Assembly (NCBI GenBank): GCA_001600695.1
Contig: BCKQ01000002.1
Coordinates: forward strand, 473,002 to 537,001
Direction: 5' to 3'
Length of the DNA: 64,000 nucleotides
Source: Ascoidea asiatica JCM 7603
Taxonomy: Eukaryota > Fungi > Ascomycota
Part shown: piece by piece, positions 1 through 11,003 of the stretch
Numbering within the stretch: position 1 is the first letter of the stretch
Layout: the number at the start of each line of letters is the position of its first letter
Notes under the pieces: generated by a model
The model's database searches: none
What the model saw: only the letters and a program-made list of their open reading frames with translations
Told to the model about the DNA's origin: nothing
Made by a program: the position numbers and the translations under genes

Positions 1-1
1 T

Positions 2-1348
2 CTTTATCCTGAACAATTATCAAAAAGTGAAGTTAAAGCTCATTTAGTTGCAATTAATGATTATCAAGATGAACTTTCAATAAATTTATATTCTTTAGCT
101 TCTGAAACAAAACCTGATATAAATTTATTAAATCAACAACCTGAATTAAAACAATCTTTAAGAAGTCCATTATTGGATTTTCTTTTTAAAATTTCTATAA
201 GAACAAAAGTTTGTTCAAGTATTTTTCAAAAATCTGTTAGATTATTAGATCGTTATTGTAGTAAAAGAATTGTTTTAAAAGATCAAGCTCAACTTGTTGC
301 AGGTACTTGTTTATTATTAGCTGCAAAAACTTCTGGTGGTTGTTCTCATATTATAAATACAAAAAATGTTCCAACTGGTGGTAGATTCTTAGGTCCAACT
401 ATAAGATCAAGAATTCCAAGATTAACTGAATTAGTTCAATTATGTGGTCCATCTTGTGGTTATGATGAAGGTATGTTTATTCAAATGGAAAGACATATTT
501 TAGATACTCTTGATTGGAATGTTTGTGATCCTTCAATTTTTAATTGGTGTTTTAATATTGATGATTATCAAATTTTAAATAATGGTAATGATACAAATGA
601 TTTTCTTAAAATTAATATGATTAAAAGATTTTTAATTGATGTAAGTTGTTATGATATAAATTTACAATCAATTCATATGGCAGAATTATCTGTTTTAATT
701 AAAACAATTTTAATTACAATTCTTAATAATAATAATTTTAATATTTCTTCAAAAAATCTTAAAAAAATTATTATTGATAATAATGTTGATGATTTTAATG
801 GTAATTTAATTAATAATAAAGTTTTCAATACTAATCTTGCAAATCGTTTATTATTCAATGTTGCAAATGCTTCACTTGATGTTGTTAATTTTTATAAAAA
901 TTCTGGTAATCAAGATATTAATAAAGTTATAACTTCTGTTCATCATATTGCAATTTCTCATATTTTAGCATTATCTGAAGAAAATGAAATTCGTCAACAA
1001 AATAAAATTAATCAAGATCTTAAATTACAACAACAAGATAATCTTAATCATCCACAAATTTATAATTCTCCTCGTTCTCAAATTTCTTCATACAAATGTC
1101 CAAATTCACCTTCATATAGTAATAATAGTGATTATGATTCAGCTTCTGATGTTGAATCTGTAATGTCAAGTTCGGGTGATTTAAGGTCAATTTCTTCTTC
1201 CTCTTCTTCGGTTTCTTCAATTTCTTCACCTATATCTCCTGATTATGTTAAATCAAAAAATATCAAAGATTATGGACGTTCTTATTCAAGTAATAAATTT
1301 TCTATAACTAGATATGGTATGTCTTCTTCTCAGACTTTAAAAAATTAA
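2..1348 (+). CDS. CLN1: G1 cyclin of Cln1/Cln2 (Hgc1) type; 5' end lies outside the window
   Basis: The frame is open from base 2 (LYPEQLSKSEVKAH...KPDINLLNQQPE). It carries the cyclin box RLLDRYCSKRIVLKDQAQLVAGTCLLLAAKT and the Cln1/2-specific GGCSHIIN...PTGGRFLGP...RIPRLTELV, plus a Ser/Pro-rich PEST-like tail. The track's TTG start at 173 is not the true start. CLN1 vs CLN2 cannot be resolved. Confidence 0.93.
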   Translation, partial: LYPEQLSKSEVKAHLVAINDYQDELSINLYSLASETKPDINLLNQQPELKQSLRSPLLDFLFKISIRTKVCSSIFQKSVRLLDRYCSKRIVLKDQAQLVAGTCLLLAAKTSGGCSHIINTKNVPTGGRFLGPTIRSRIPRLTELVQLCGPSCGYDEGMFIQMERHILDTLDWNVCDPSIFNWCFNIDDYQILNNGNDTNDFLKINMIKRFLIDVSCYDINLQSIHMAELSVLIKTILITILNNNNFNISSKNLKKIIIDNNVDDFNGNLINNKVFNTNLANRLLFNVANASLDVVNFYKNSGNQDINKVITSVHHIAISHILALSEENEIRQQNKINQDLKLQQQDNLNHPQIYNSPRSQISSYKCPNSPSYSNNSDYDSASDVESVMSSSGDLRSISSSSSSVSSISSPISPDYVKSKNIKDYGRSYSSNKFSITRYGMSSSQTLKN

Positions 1349-3163
1349 ATTTTTTTAATACTTTAAATTTATTTATGCTTTTCGGTTTATTTATGATCAT
1401 GTTTTTATTCTTTTATTTCAAATCATCATTTTATTTTTATGCATTTTTCTTTTCAATTCACCTTTTATGTATTGTTTCAACTCTTATATTATAATGAAAT
1501 TTTTTTAAAATTAAATTTAATCTACCAAATTATCGAACTCAAACTCAAACTTATTGTAGAACTTTGAAAAGTTATTACTTTCTTTTGAAAAAGTAAATCT
1601 TCCGAAGTAATTACTGAAAAATTTTCATTTAATTTCCGCTATACAATATAAAATCTCCTTATAATTACGCCGGTGTACCATAATAATAGAGTGGTGATTT
1701 AATACTAATAAGGAGATTTTTATATTTTTCGTAAATACTTTGTCTTGAATTATCACACTTTATCTTATATGCTTTTAAAGAAATCATTTTTAACCATTTT
1801 TTTTATAAATGGAGTGAAATGTTTTGAATAAAGTTATTTTTCATGAATTTACATAAATGATGAGAAAGATTGGTTTACCGAATTAGAAAATTTAAAATTC
1901 TGTAGGATACTGTATAAAATTCGAAAGTCTTAGATATTTTTAAAAGATCATTAAACAGAATTAGACTTTAAAAATTGAATGATTTTTTTTAAAAACAAGT
2001 TTTTATTATATAAATTAAATGATCCAATAGTTGGAGCAGCTTACTTTTTTATCTGCACAATATAACTTATAAAATGTGGGTTGAACCAAAATTGTGCTTT
2101 TCAAAAAAAGAGAATATTATCACTCGTCCAACTAGATCTTTTTTTTCAATTCGTTAAAAAAAAAAGTGGCAATAAATACTTAATTACAATCATTGATGGA
2201 AATAATTAGACATTGAAAATCAAAAGTCTTAGAATGTGATACAATAATAATTGTAATTGAAAAAAGTAATTATCTTCAGTCATATTATTTAAGTGACGAG
2301 TCTCAATATACTTTTTTTCAAAAAATAAGACAACTTTTATATTTTTGAATAATGTCCGAAATTCTCCAATAAAATATTCTAATAAATTTTGAAACAGTAT
2401 CATTTTTCAATTCAATTTTAATAAGTTCAATTATACCACCAATAGAATGAAGAATTTATAATTATTATTATAATTACTACATTATTGATCTCATGATAAT
2501 TTCTACTCCAATAATTGCCTTTCTAAGTTGAAAGTGAAATGAAAAAAAAGGTCACATTGAATTATAAATAAACAACAATATCAAAGAGGAAACTAGTTAC
2601 AGGGTCATAACTGAATTTTTGATTTTTGATTGTTGAATGTTTAGTTTGTTTTATTTTATCTGTCTCCATACATCTTCGTAAATAATTCGGATCTGTTAAA
2701 CCCACAAGCAAATTCTTCAAAAGGTCCCTCCACCCTTTGCAAAATTACAAATATAAATATGTCTTGAATAATTCCGGGAATCTAACAACGGAGTAAGTAG
2801 TTTGAAATCTATTGTTGAACTGAAATAAAATCCCTAAACACAAGCAGTCTGAGACTAATTTCAACAAATGAAATCCATTAGATCTAAAAGACCTATTCAA
2901 AAGTAGAATTAATCCTCCTTTTCTCACAAACGACCACTTGCTTCATTCATTTCTCAAACTAGGATAATATCCATTGAACAAAAAGCAAAATAAAACACCA
3001 ACAATTCTAATAAATGTAAAAAATTAACATTCCTTTCTTTTAAATTCTCTCTAAATATCAAAATATACTATCCTTTTAATTTAGTAATAATGTTTTGCTG
3101 TTATTGTTGTCGATAAGCGCCATGTATTTTCAATAAAGACTTTCAGCAAAGGAAAAAACTGGG

Positions 3164-3170
3164 TTACCCG
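3164..3170. promoter_or_regulatory. Reb1-type site upstream of MED9
   Basis: TTACCCG flanked by A/T tracts about 140 bp before the ATG. Confidence 0.55.
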
Positions 3171-3306
3171 CCTTTTTTTTACAAATCTCAAAAAATACTA
3201 TGAAGATTGTAATAACAATTTATTTTCGTTAAAACCTATCCGAAGAAATGAAGTTTAAAGAAGAATTTAAATCAGAATATTTGAATGTCGAAATGTTTTT
3301 GAAGCA

Positions 3307-4287
3307 ATGAATCCTACTCCAAAACCATTAATGGAATCCAATGAAATAAAAGAGACCAGTGTTCCCATAGATAAAGATTCTGATGCCTCGGTTGAGACTA
3401 TTAAAAATTTAGACTTACTTCCTTTATTAATAGATATATTAAAAAGATTGAAGAAACATGAAATCAAAATAAATGACCTTAACAATGCAACTGGTAAAAT
3501 AAGAATACGTCTTTCTAAATTCAAAGAAATAGTTAGAAATATTGAAGGTGTTTCACAAACTGCAAAAGAGAGAAAAGAAGAAATTGATTCGTTAAATTAT
3601 CAAATCAATAGAAAAAGAATTTTTCTAAAAAATCTAAAAGGAAAAATTGAAGAAACATTCCCAACTGAAAATAATGAAAATTTATCAGATTCTAAATTAA
3701 TTAAGGAAAATAAAAAAATTGGAGAATCAATAAAGCAAATTCAAAATATAAGTCTGAATTCTAAAGAAGAAGAAAATATTTCCAAAAAACCGGAAACTGA
3801 ATTCAAAGTAGATACTAATACCAATTCGAATACAAATACCAATTCAAATTCAAATTCAAATTCGAATAAAAATAATAACCCATATCAAGATTCAGTAGAC
3901 TCTGTATTTAGTAATTTCAGTATCTCATTACAAGGTATAAATCCTTCATTTTTCGAACTTAAAAAGCCAGCAATTGAAACTAAAATAAATGTTCAACAAC
4001 CTATTGATGATTTTATATCTCAAGTTCCATTAAATAATGATATGAATGATCATATAAATGATGGTTCGCAAAATTTAAATAATTTGAATATAGAAGGAAG
4101 AACAAATCTTGAAGAAAATGGAACTTCAAATTTCAATCAAACTACAAATATTCCAAATTCTTTTGAACTTAATTTTTTTAATGATAATGAAGCTATAAAT
4201 ATTCCCGCTGAAGATTCTGATGAAAATTATCCTGATTTTGATGATATAATGAATGATATTAATATGGATTTAGAATTTTTTGAATAA
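3307..4287 (+). CDS. MED9: Mediator subunit Med9 (Cse2) with long low-complexity C-terminal extension
   Basis: LDLLPLLIDIL...KINDLNNATGKIRIRLSKFKEIVRNIEGV...EEIDSLNYQINRKRIFL fits the Med9 helical domain. ATG3 is also a near neighbour of CSE2 in S. cerevisiae (YNR007C/YNR010W). Confidence 0.75.
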   Translation: MNPTPKPLMESNEIKETSVPIDKDSDASVETIKNLDLLPLLIDILKRLKKHEIKINDLNNATGKIRIRLSKFKEIVRNIEGVSQTAKERKEEIDSLNYQINRKRIFLKNLKGKIEETFPTENNENLSDSKLIKENKKIGESIKQIQNISLNSKEEENISKKPETEFKVDTNTNSNTNTNSNSNSNSNKNNNPYQDSVDSVFSNFSISLQGINPSFFELKKPAIETKINVQQPIDDFISQVPLNNDMNDHINDGSQNLNNLNIEGRTNLEENGTSNFNQTTNIPNSFELNFFNDNEAINIPAEDSDENYPDFDDIMNDINMDLEFFE

Positions 4288-4563
4288 TTTTTTTTTTCAT
4301 TAAAAAGCAAATATTTATTTATATGAGATAGATTATATATAAAAAATATATTAAAAGAACTATTAATTAAAATCCAATTATTGCTAAATAGTATTATAGC
4401 AATATCCTTCCTTTATACCCAATATTTATAGAATTAATTCATAAAATAAATTCATTGAAGGATATTAAAACCAAAGAAACAAATATACAAAGACAAAAAC
4501 GTAAATAAAAGAAAAAGTAAACAAAAAATAAGAGAATTGAACTAAAAATTAATGATTTTTTTT

Positions 4564-5637
4564 TTAAAAAGCATCCATTGTATAATCTTGATTAATTCCC
4601 GGCGTAACACTTGCAATAAATTTAAGAAATATAATTAAGTATTGATCAATTCTAATAATATCAATTTCTTCATTGATTCCAACATCCTTTGATATACTTT
4701 CCCATTCTTCATCTTCAAAATCATTTGTTTTACTATCAGCAAGACCTAATTTTGCTACACCATCAGTAATTTTTTTTAATTCTTGAGATTGAGATTGAGA
4801 TTGAGATTCTTTTAATTTTTTATTTTGAGCAGCAATTGCAGCTCTTGACATTAAAACTTTCATTACAGTTGCATGACGACAAGGATGTATTGAAACTGAA
4901 GTTGTATCATTTAAAAATGGAGCTTGTTCAATTGTTGCAGTTTTATCTCTATAATCAGTTGAAATATCTTCAAACATTTGATCTGGAGTTAAAGGAATTC
5001 CATTACCATCAAAACCAACTAGATACATTTTAGGTACTCTATACGAAGTTGAGTATGTTATATATAAATCATAATTTCTTCTAGAATCTGAACCATCTTT
5101 AGGAGAAGATAAATTATCAATTTCTTCATCATAATTAACGAAATCTTCTATATCTTCAATATCTTCAACGTCGTCAATATCCTCAGCATCTTCGATATCT
5201 TCAATATTTTCGATATTTTCAGCACTTGCAATATTTTCTACTGGTTTTTCAGATTTGATATCTTTGGGTTTAGATTCTTTTTTAATAATTTCAGTTTTTG
5301 AGGATTTTAATTTTGCTTTAACATTTGAAATATTAGTTTCAGTCCAACCATCTTCATTTAAAACTTCATCCTCTTCATTATCTATACCAAGATAAGTTGT
5401 AATTCTTTGATATGAAGGTAAATGTCTTGTGACTAAAAATTGCTTTTCTTTTGGTAAAAAATCTCTTCTTTTATTTTCAGGAGCTGGAGACCACTGCCAA
5501 GTTGGAAATTTATAAACTAAATAATCACCAGCTTCAACAAATTCTTCTGGAGTAATTTCACCAGTTTTTCTAAAAGTGGATGTATGTGTAACTGGAGTAA
5601 AATATTCCCTCCAGGAAGATAATGTTGATCTTAACAT
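4564..5637 (-). CDS. ATG3: Autophagy E2-like enzyme Atg3
   Basis: MLRSTLSSWREYFTP..GEITPEEFVEAGDYLVYKFPTWQW, YDLYITYSTSYRVPKMYL, catalytic HPC, AIM-like WESI, and C-terminal FLKFIASVTPGI.DYTM. Confidence 0.98.
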   Translation of the reverse strand: MLRSTLSSWREYFTPVTHTSTFRKTGEITPEEFVEAGDYLVYKFPTWQWSPAPENKRRDFLPKEKQFLVTRHLPSYQRITTYLGIDNEEDEVLNEDGWTETNISNVKAKLKSSKTEIIKKESKPKDIKSEKPVENIASAENIENIEDIEDAEDIDDVEDIEDIEDFVNYDEEIDNLSSPKDGSDSRRNYDLYITYSTSYRVPKMYLVGFDGNGIPLTPDQMFEDISTDYRDKTATIEQAPFLNDTTSVSIHPCRHATVMKVLMSRAAIAAQNKKLKESQSQSQSQELKKITDGVAKLGLADSKTNDFEDEEWESISKDVGINEEIDIIRIDQYLIIFLKFIASVTPGINQDYTMDAF

Positions 5638-6087
5638 ATTGGATATTTAAAATATATTTTCACTTTTTTTATTTAACGAGATTAACTGAAATAGAAGAAA
5701 TTTCTTACAATAACTGTAAATAAAACTTAGTATGATTGATATTACCAAATATAATATATAATTTCTATTCTAAGAAAGTGGGGTTATTTGTATTTGATAA
5801 TTGAAAATGAAAAATTAGGAAACCTCTATAAACTAAAGACTTTAAATAAGGGGCTATTCGTTATTAATATTGATATAATTCTTATTATTATTAATATCTG
5901 TGATATTATTTTTAATTTAGTGATTAAAATAGTTGATTTTTAGTGAGTAATTACTTATCAAACATAAATGAAGCTGTAGATAATAGTGATAGTAGTGGTG
6001 ATCATAGCGATCATAGTAATATATTGTTCCAGTAAAGTTACTGTATAAACTGACGATAACGTTGGTAAAGTTAGTTATTGCGTATCT

Positions 6088-6112
6088 CTTATCACCGGCA
6101 AAGCAGCTTATC
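6088..6112 (-). promoter_or_regulatory. Two GATAAG (Gln3/Gat1-type) sites in the ATG3/TOM40 divergent promoter
   Basis: CTTATC at 6088 and 6107; consistent with nitrogen-starvation control of an autophagy gene. Confidence 0.4.
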
Positions 6113-6632
6113 ATGGAGTGGCGAGTTTCTGTGGCAGTTTCAAAAAAACGTGGCGGTGCAAAGCAATTTTGAGATATAGAACCCCCAGTTCTGGTTCTTT
6201 AATTGTTACTCACGTGCCAGACTCTTTTTTAGTTTGCCATGAAAAAATTCACCAACTTTTTCAGATTTGCCATTGAAAATCTAGGTAATGGTAAAAGTGA
6301 AGCTGTAGCTGGTGAAATTCAGATAAATCATCATCTGAATGTGTGAAGCAGAAGACTCTTATACATAAACTAATATCTGTAAATAATCTGTTGTTCAATC
6401 AGGAATAATATCCATGTATGTCACTTTTGGTTTCTCGTCTTTTCAATCTTAATTTGGGTTTTTTTACTTTTGTTATTCGCTTTAGGGGGTGTTTAACTAA
6501 TTTTCAATAGTTTTAAAAAATATATTTCAAGAAAAATTCAAAAATTGTTTTTATTAAAAGTACAAATTTCTGATTTAATTATAAATTTTCATTAACTAAC
6601 ATTTTATTAGTAGATCTATTTTTAAAAAAAAA

Positions 6633-7775
6633 ATGTCTGCTCAACTTCCTTTAGGGGATCTTTCAAAATTATCAATTCCACCAATTCCTGGAATGCAACC
6701 ATTAAAACCAGAACCTGGTTTTTGGTCTTCAAATCCAGTATTTTCTTATTTAAATGATATTCATTCTTCTGCAGTTTCTCATAGAAATTCTTTAGGTTTA
6801 ATTAATCCTGGTTCCGCTGAAGAATTGAATAAAGAAGTTTCAAGAGATGTTTTATTAACTCATTTTTTTTTCACAGGTTTGAGAGCTGATTTAACTAAAA
6901 CTTTTTCAACAAATCCATTTTTTCAAATTGGTCATTCATTTTCTTCTGGTTCAACTGTATTACCACCATATTCTTTAACTGCTTTATTTGGTAGTGATAC
7001 TTATTTTGCTCAAGGTACTATAGATAATACTTTAGCTTTAAATGGTAGACTTCATTATGGTTGGAGTAAAAATAATTTTACAAGAATAACTACTGTTATT
7101 TCAAAAGGTCAGCCTGCAATGCTTCAATTAGAACAAGATTATCAAGGTAAAGATTTTTCTGCAAATGTTAAAGTTTATAATCCATCTTTTTTTGAAAAAG
7201 GTCAATTTTCCGGTGATATTGTTGCCTCTTATTTACAATCAATTACAAAAAGATTATCTTTAGGTCTTGAATCTGTTTATTCTTCTCAGCCTGGTTATGG
7301 TCCAGATGCTGCAACTTCTTATTTTGCAAGATATAATGCTGATAATAAATGGATTGCATCTATTCAATCAAAAGCCCAAGGTAGTATTATTGCATCTTTT
7401 TGGAAAAAACTTGCAAAAAATGTTTCTGCAGGTATTGAAACTCAACTTCAAGCTTCTATGAGACCACTTAATGATCCTGCTTTAGGTCAACCAATAAGTA
7501 TGGAACCTGTATTAGAAGGAAATACAACTATAGGTGCTAAATATGAATTCAGACAATCTGTTTTTCGTGGTCAGATAGATTCTGATGGTAAAGTATCATG
7601 TTTCCTTGAAAGAAAACTTTTACCAACACTTTCTGTACTTTTTTGTTCAGAATTAGATCATTTAAAAAACGCCTCAAAAATTGGAATGGGCTTTCAGTTT
7701 GAAACAGCCGGTTCTCATGAAGTATTTATGGCTCAACAAGGTTTAGATCCAAATGGTAATCCATTAGCTGCCTAA
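6633..7775 (+). CDS. TOM40: Mitochondrial outer membrane translocase pore Tom40
   Basis: LGLINPGSAEELNKEVSRDV, GLRADL, QLEQDYQGKDFS, GAKYEFRQSVFRGQIDSDGKV: porin-3 family motifs. Confidence 0.97.
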   Translation: MSAQLPLGDLSKLSIPPIPGMQPLKPEPGFWSSNPVFSYLNDIHSSAVSHRNSLGLINPGSAEELNKEVSRDVLLTHFFFTGLRADLTKTFSTNPFFQIGHSFSSGSTVLPPYSLTALFGSDTYFAQGTIDNTLALNGRLHYGWSKNNFTRITTVISKGQPAMLQLEQDYQGKDFSANVKVYNPSFFEKGQFSGDIVASYLQSITKRLSLGLESVYSSQPGYGPDAATSYFARYNADNKWIASIQSKAQGSIIASFWKKLAKNVSAGIETQLQASMRPLNDPALGQPISMEPVLEGNTTIGAKYEFRQSVFRGQIDSDGKVSCFLERKLLPTLSVLFCSELDHLKNASKIGMGFQFETAGSHEVFMAQQGLDPNGNPLAA

Positions 7776-8252
7776 AATTTATAATATATTTATAACTGTA
7801 AGAAATTAAATTTTTTTTGTATATAGTTAAAATAAGAATTTGATCTCCAAATGAAGTTTAAAACTAATTCAATTTATTATGTAATAGTTTTATATTCATC
7901 AAATTCAACTTTTCATCCTAGAGAAAAGGAATCTGAACAGTTTTTTCATCATTTCTTCTAATACTTATTTGATTTTAAATTTGGAATTCCTTTATTCAAT
8001 TATGACCACCAATAGATACTTATCAACTTCATTTGAAATCTTTCGACTCTATGTTTATAGACTAAGAGAATTAGATGTAATGCAAATGTAAATTCTGTAA
8101 AAAAATTTTATTTTAAAGAGATTTTGATATTATTTTCAAGATATTATCTGATGAATAAATATTTTATTCGAAAAAGTTGACAAAATAGAAATATAATGCA
8201 ACAAAGTTTTTCTTTTCTTTTATTTTCTCTATTAAAAGAAATCAAAATAGTA

Positions 8253-10517
8253 TCATACACCTAAAACTGATGAAAAAAATTTTCCAATATAAGTTTGTCG
8301 TTTAGGTTTGGGTTTTTGGTACATTGCTAATCTTTGACTGTTTAAATTATTACTTACAATTTCTGACAAACAATCTCTATCTAAAGGTTTATTTACTCTT
8401 GATTTTATTGAAGATTTGGATAACATTGTATTGGAATTAATATTTGAATAAATGTTTGAGTTAAAATCATTATTTGATGTTCTTAATGTTGATAAATAAT
8501 GATTAATTGAAGATAACTTATCAATATTTTGAGGAAGAGGTTTTGAATCAAAACATGATATATTAGATTTAGGCGATTGTAGATGATTATCTTCTAATTC
8601 ATCATCAGATGGATCCATCCAATTTGTATTTTTTTCCAATTTCAAAGAATGAAAAGATCCTGTATCGAAATTTTGACTTGATCTGAAAGATTTCATTTTA
8701 TGTAAAATAGGTGAAGTTTTTTCTTTATATTTTGAATTAAGATAAGTTTTAGATGAATTGTTTTGGTTAATTTTATTATAAGGTTTCTGAGATAGATTAT
8801 TTTCAAATTTTTTATAACGGGTATTTTCCAAATTTTCATTAAAATTTTTAAAAAGTTTATTATCTATAAGGTTATTATTATTATTTATTCTGGTCATATA
8901 AGATGAATCAGTAAGAGAAGTAATTGAATATTTATTTTTATTGATAGAATTGGATATGGGTAAAGATTCATTATCAGATATTATATCTAAAACAGAATCT
9001 AAAGAATCATCATCTTCAATATTTTTGAAAACTTTTTGATAATTATTTTTATATATATTTGAGTCATTATTATTTTGAAGATTATCAAAATTAGAAAAAG
9101 AAGGTAAAATTTGATTTTTTGGAGTTTTCAATTGAGTATATGAAGAACGTTGAGATAAACCAGAATGAAAATTATCATTTATATTATTTAAATTTATTGT
9201 TTTTATTGGGCTTTGTAATTGAAGGGATTTAGCTCTTTGATGTGATATTGAATGAGAATTAGAATTATAAACAGAATTGGTTTTTGGTATTGAGATTGGA
9301 TTAAAATTACTACCTGATTTTTTAATCAGATCCAGTGGAATTTGATATTCTGGAGAACGTTTTTTATTATAAAAATTATTATCTATATTTGTTGAATTTA
9401 AAGAATTATAGGAAATTTTATTTAATAATTTTCTTGGAGTATTATTTGAGAAATCTGAATTATTTTGTTTAATAATTACAGGACTATTAATTGGAGAGAA
9501 ATTAGATGAACCCGATTTCAAACATAAAGTCATCACGCCCAATTGAAGAGCTTTTTCAAATTCATTTTCATCAGACTTAAGTTCTTGTTCAAGTTCTTGT
9601 TCAAGATCATATTCTGGTTTTGGTTTAAATTTAAGTTCAGCCTGAGGTTCAAGCTCAATTTGATTTATAATTATAGGAGATTGAGATTTTTTTTTAATTA
9701 TATTATTTTGATTTGAATTGAAATTTTCTGAGGACATATCTATTAAAGAAGTATAATTATTAAATAAATTCTTTAGAGTAGCTATTTCATTATTTGAATC
9801 AATAGAATTGAATTCAATTTTCCAAAATCTTTCTGGATTCAAAAGTATTAATAAAAAAAAATTATTTAATTTAAAAACTTTTAAATTTTTAGAAAGTTTA
9901 TAAGAATAATTTAAATTTAAATTTTGATTATTATTAAAAGTCATGATTATATAATCATTTGAATTTTTAAGTGAAATATATTTATAAAAATTGAGTGAAC
10001 CATTTTTAAGTAAAACTTTTGAAATTTTTGAATCTAATTGAGTTATAGAAAATGAATCATAAGATAAAATATTTATATTATTGAGTGAGTAAATTAATTT
10101 AGAAGTTTCACTTTCATTTTTATTATTCTTGTCAAAATTATTATCATCATTAATATTATTATTATCTAGATTATTTTGGTTATTAGTTTGTTCAGTTTGT
10201 TGAGTTTCTTGATTTATATTTGTTCTTAAAGTTTTTTTAATATTTTCATATTCGTTTAATACATCATTTATGCTTTTATGTAAATTTAAATCATTTTTTT
10301 GATTATCATTATTGATTTCCAAATTATTTGATGAATTAGAAATTGAATTGATTGAATTTATTGTTTTAATATTTTCTATTGATTGATCTTTATTTATTGA
10401 ATTTTTAATATTTTTATTATTAGATTTTATAGATTTATTATTTTTTTTTTTATTTGATTTAAATTTCAATCTTGTTGATTTAAATTTTTCTTTCAGCGAT
10501 AATGTTTCATTATTCAT
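8253..10517 (-). CDS. INP1: Probable peroxisome inheritance protein Inp1 (mostly disordered, Asn-rich)
   Basis: Basic N-terminus and a central LLILLNPERFWKIEF segment resembling the Inp1 domain. It is convergent with TOM40, as YMR203W/YMR204C are in S. cerevisiae. Confidence 0.62.
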   Translation of the reverse strand: MNNETLSLKEKFKSTRLKFKSNKKKNNKSIKSNNKNIKNSINKDQSIENIKTINSINSISNSSNNLEINNDNQKNDLNLHKSINDVLNEYENIKKTLRTNINQETQQTEQTNNQNNLDNNNINDDNNFDKNNKNESETSKLIYSLNNINILSYDSFSITQLDSKISKVLLKNGSLNFYKYISLKNSNDYIIMTFNNNQNLNLNYSYKLSKNLKVFKLNNFFLLILLNPERFWKIEFNSIDSNNEIATLKNLFNNYTSLIDMSSENFNSNQNNIIKKKSQSPIIINQIELEPQAELKFKPKPEYDLEQELEQELKSDENEFEKALQLGVMTLCLKSGSSNFSPINSPVIIKQNNSDFSNNTPRKLLNKISYNSLNSTNIDNNFYNKKRSPEYQIPLDLIKKSGSNFNPISIPKTNSVYNSNSHSISHQRAKSLQLQSPIKTINLNNINDNFHSGLSQRSSYTQLKTPKNQILPSFSNFDNLQNNNDSNIYKNNYQKVFKNIEDDDSLDSVLDIISDNESLPISNSINKNKYSITSLTDSSYMTRINNNNNLIDNKLFKNFNENLENTRYKKFENNLSQKPYNKINQNNSSKTYLNSKYKEKTSPILHKMKSFRSSQNFDTGSFHSLKLEKNTNWMDPSDDELEDNHLQSPKSNISCFDSKPLPQNIDKLSSINHYLSTLRTSNNDFNSNIYSNINSNTMLSKSSIKSRVNKPLDRDCLSEIVSNNLNSQRLAMYQKPKPKRQTYIGKFFSSVLGV

Positions 10518-11003
10518 TATTCATAGATAATATGATATATTAATGGATTGATATTATTTAACAATTACTTTACTTAAAAAGCAACTATTCCACTATTACT
10601 TATTTATTTGATTGATTATTTTGTTTGTTTATAAATTTCTGCCAATATCTGAAGCTTTGAGTATTTAAAGGTTTAAAGCTTTAATGGCGTGGTTGTATAA
10701 ATACGGTAACGATCGCTTGTATTTACAGTGTTGATATGGAATATATTTGATGTGTTTCTGTGGATAGTGGATCTGGAACCGAGACCATATTTGAGGGTGT
10801 TCTGGAGATTACCTCGTGACTAAAAACAATGCTCTATATTTATTGCAGTGGCAAGAGCATTTAGAATTTAGTATTTAGTATTTAGTATTTGATAATAAAT
10901 AATAAATAATGATTAATGAATAAATTAATAGAGAATAAAGAATAAATAAACAGAAGTTTTTGAATAGAATAATAGGAATAAGAATAAGAATAGATTGAAT
11001 AAA

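Noticed and set aside
2078-2087. B-box-like GGTTCAACCC on the - strand (also GGTTCAATTC near 32153 and GTTCGAAGTC near 16840) as tRNA genes
   Set aside because: No A box, acceptor stem or cloverleaf can be built around them
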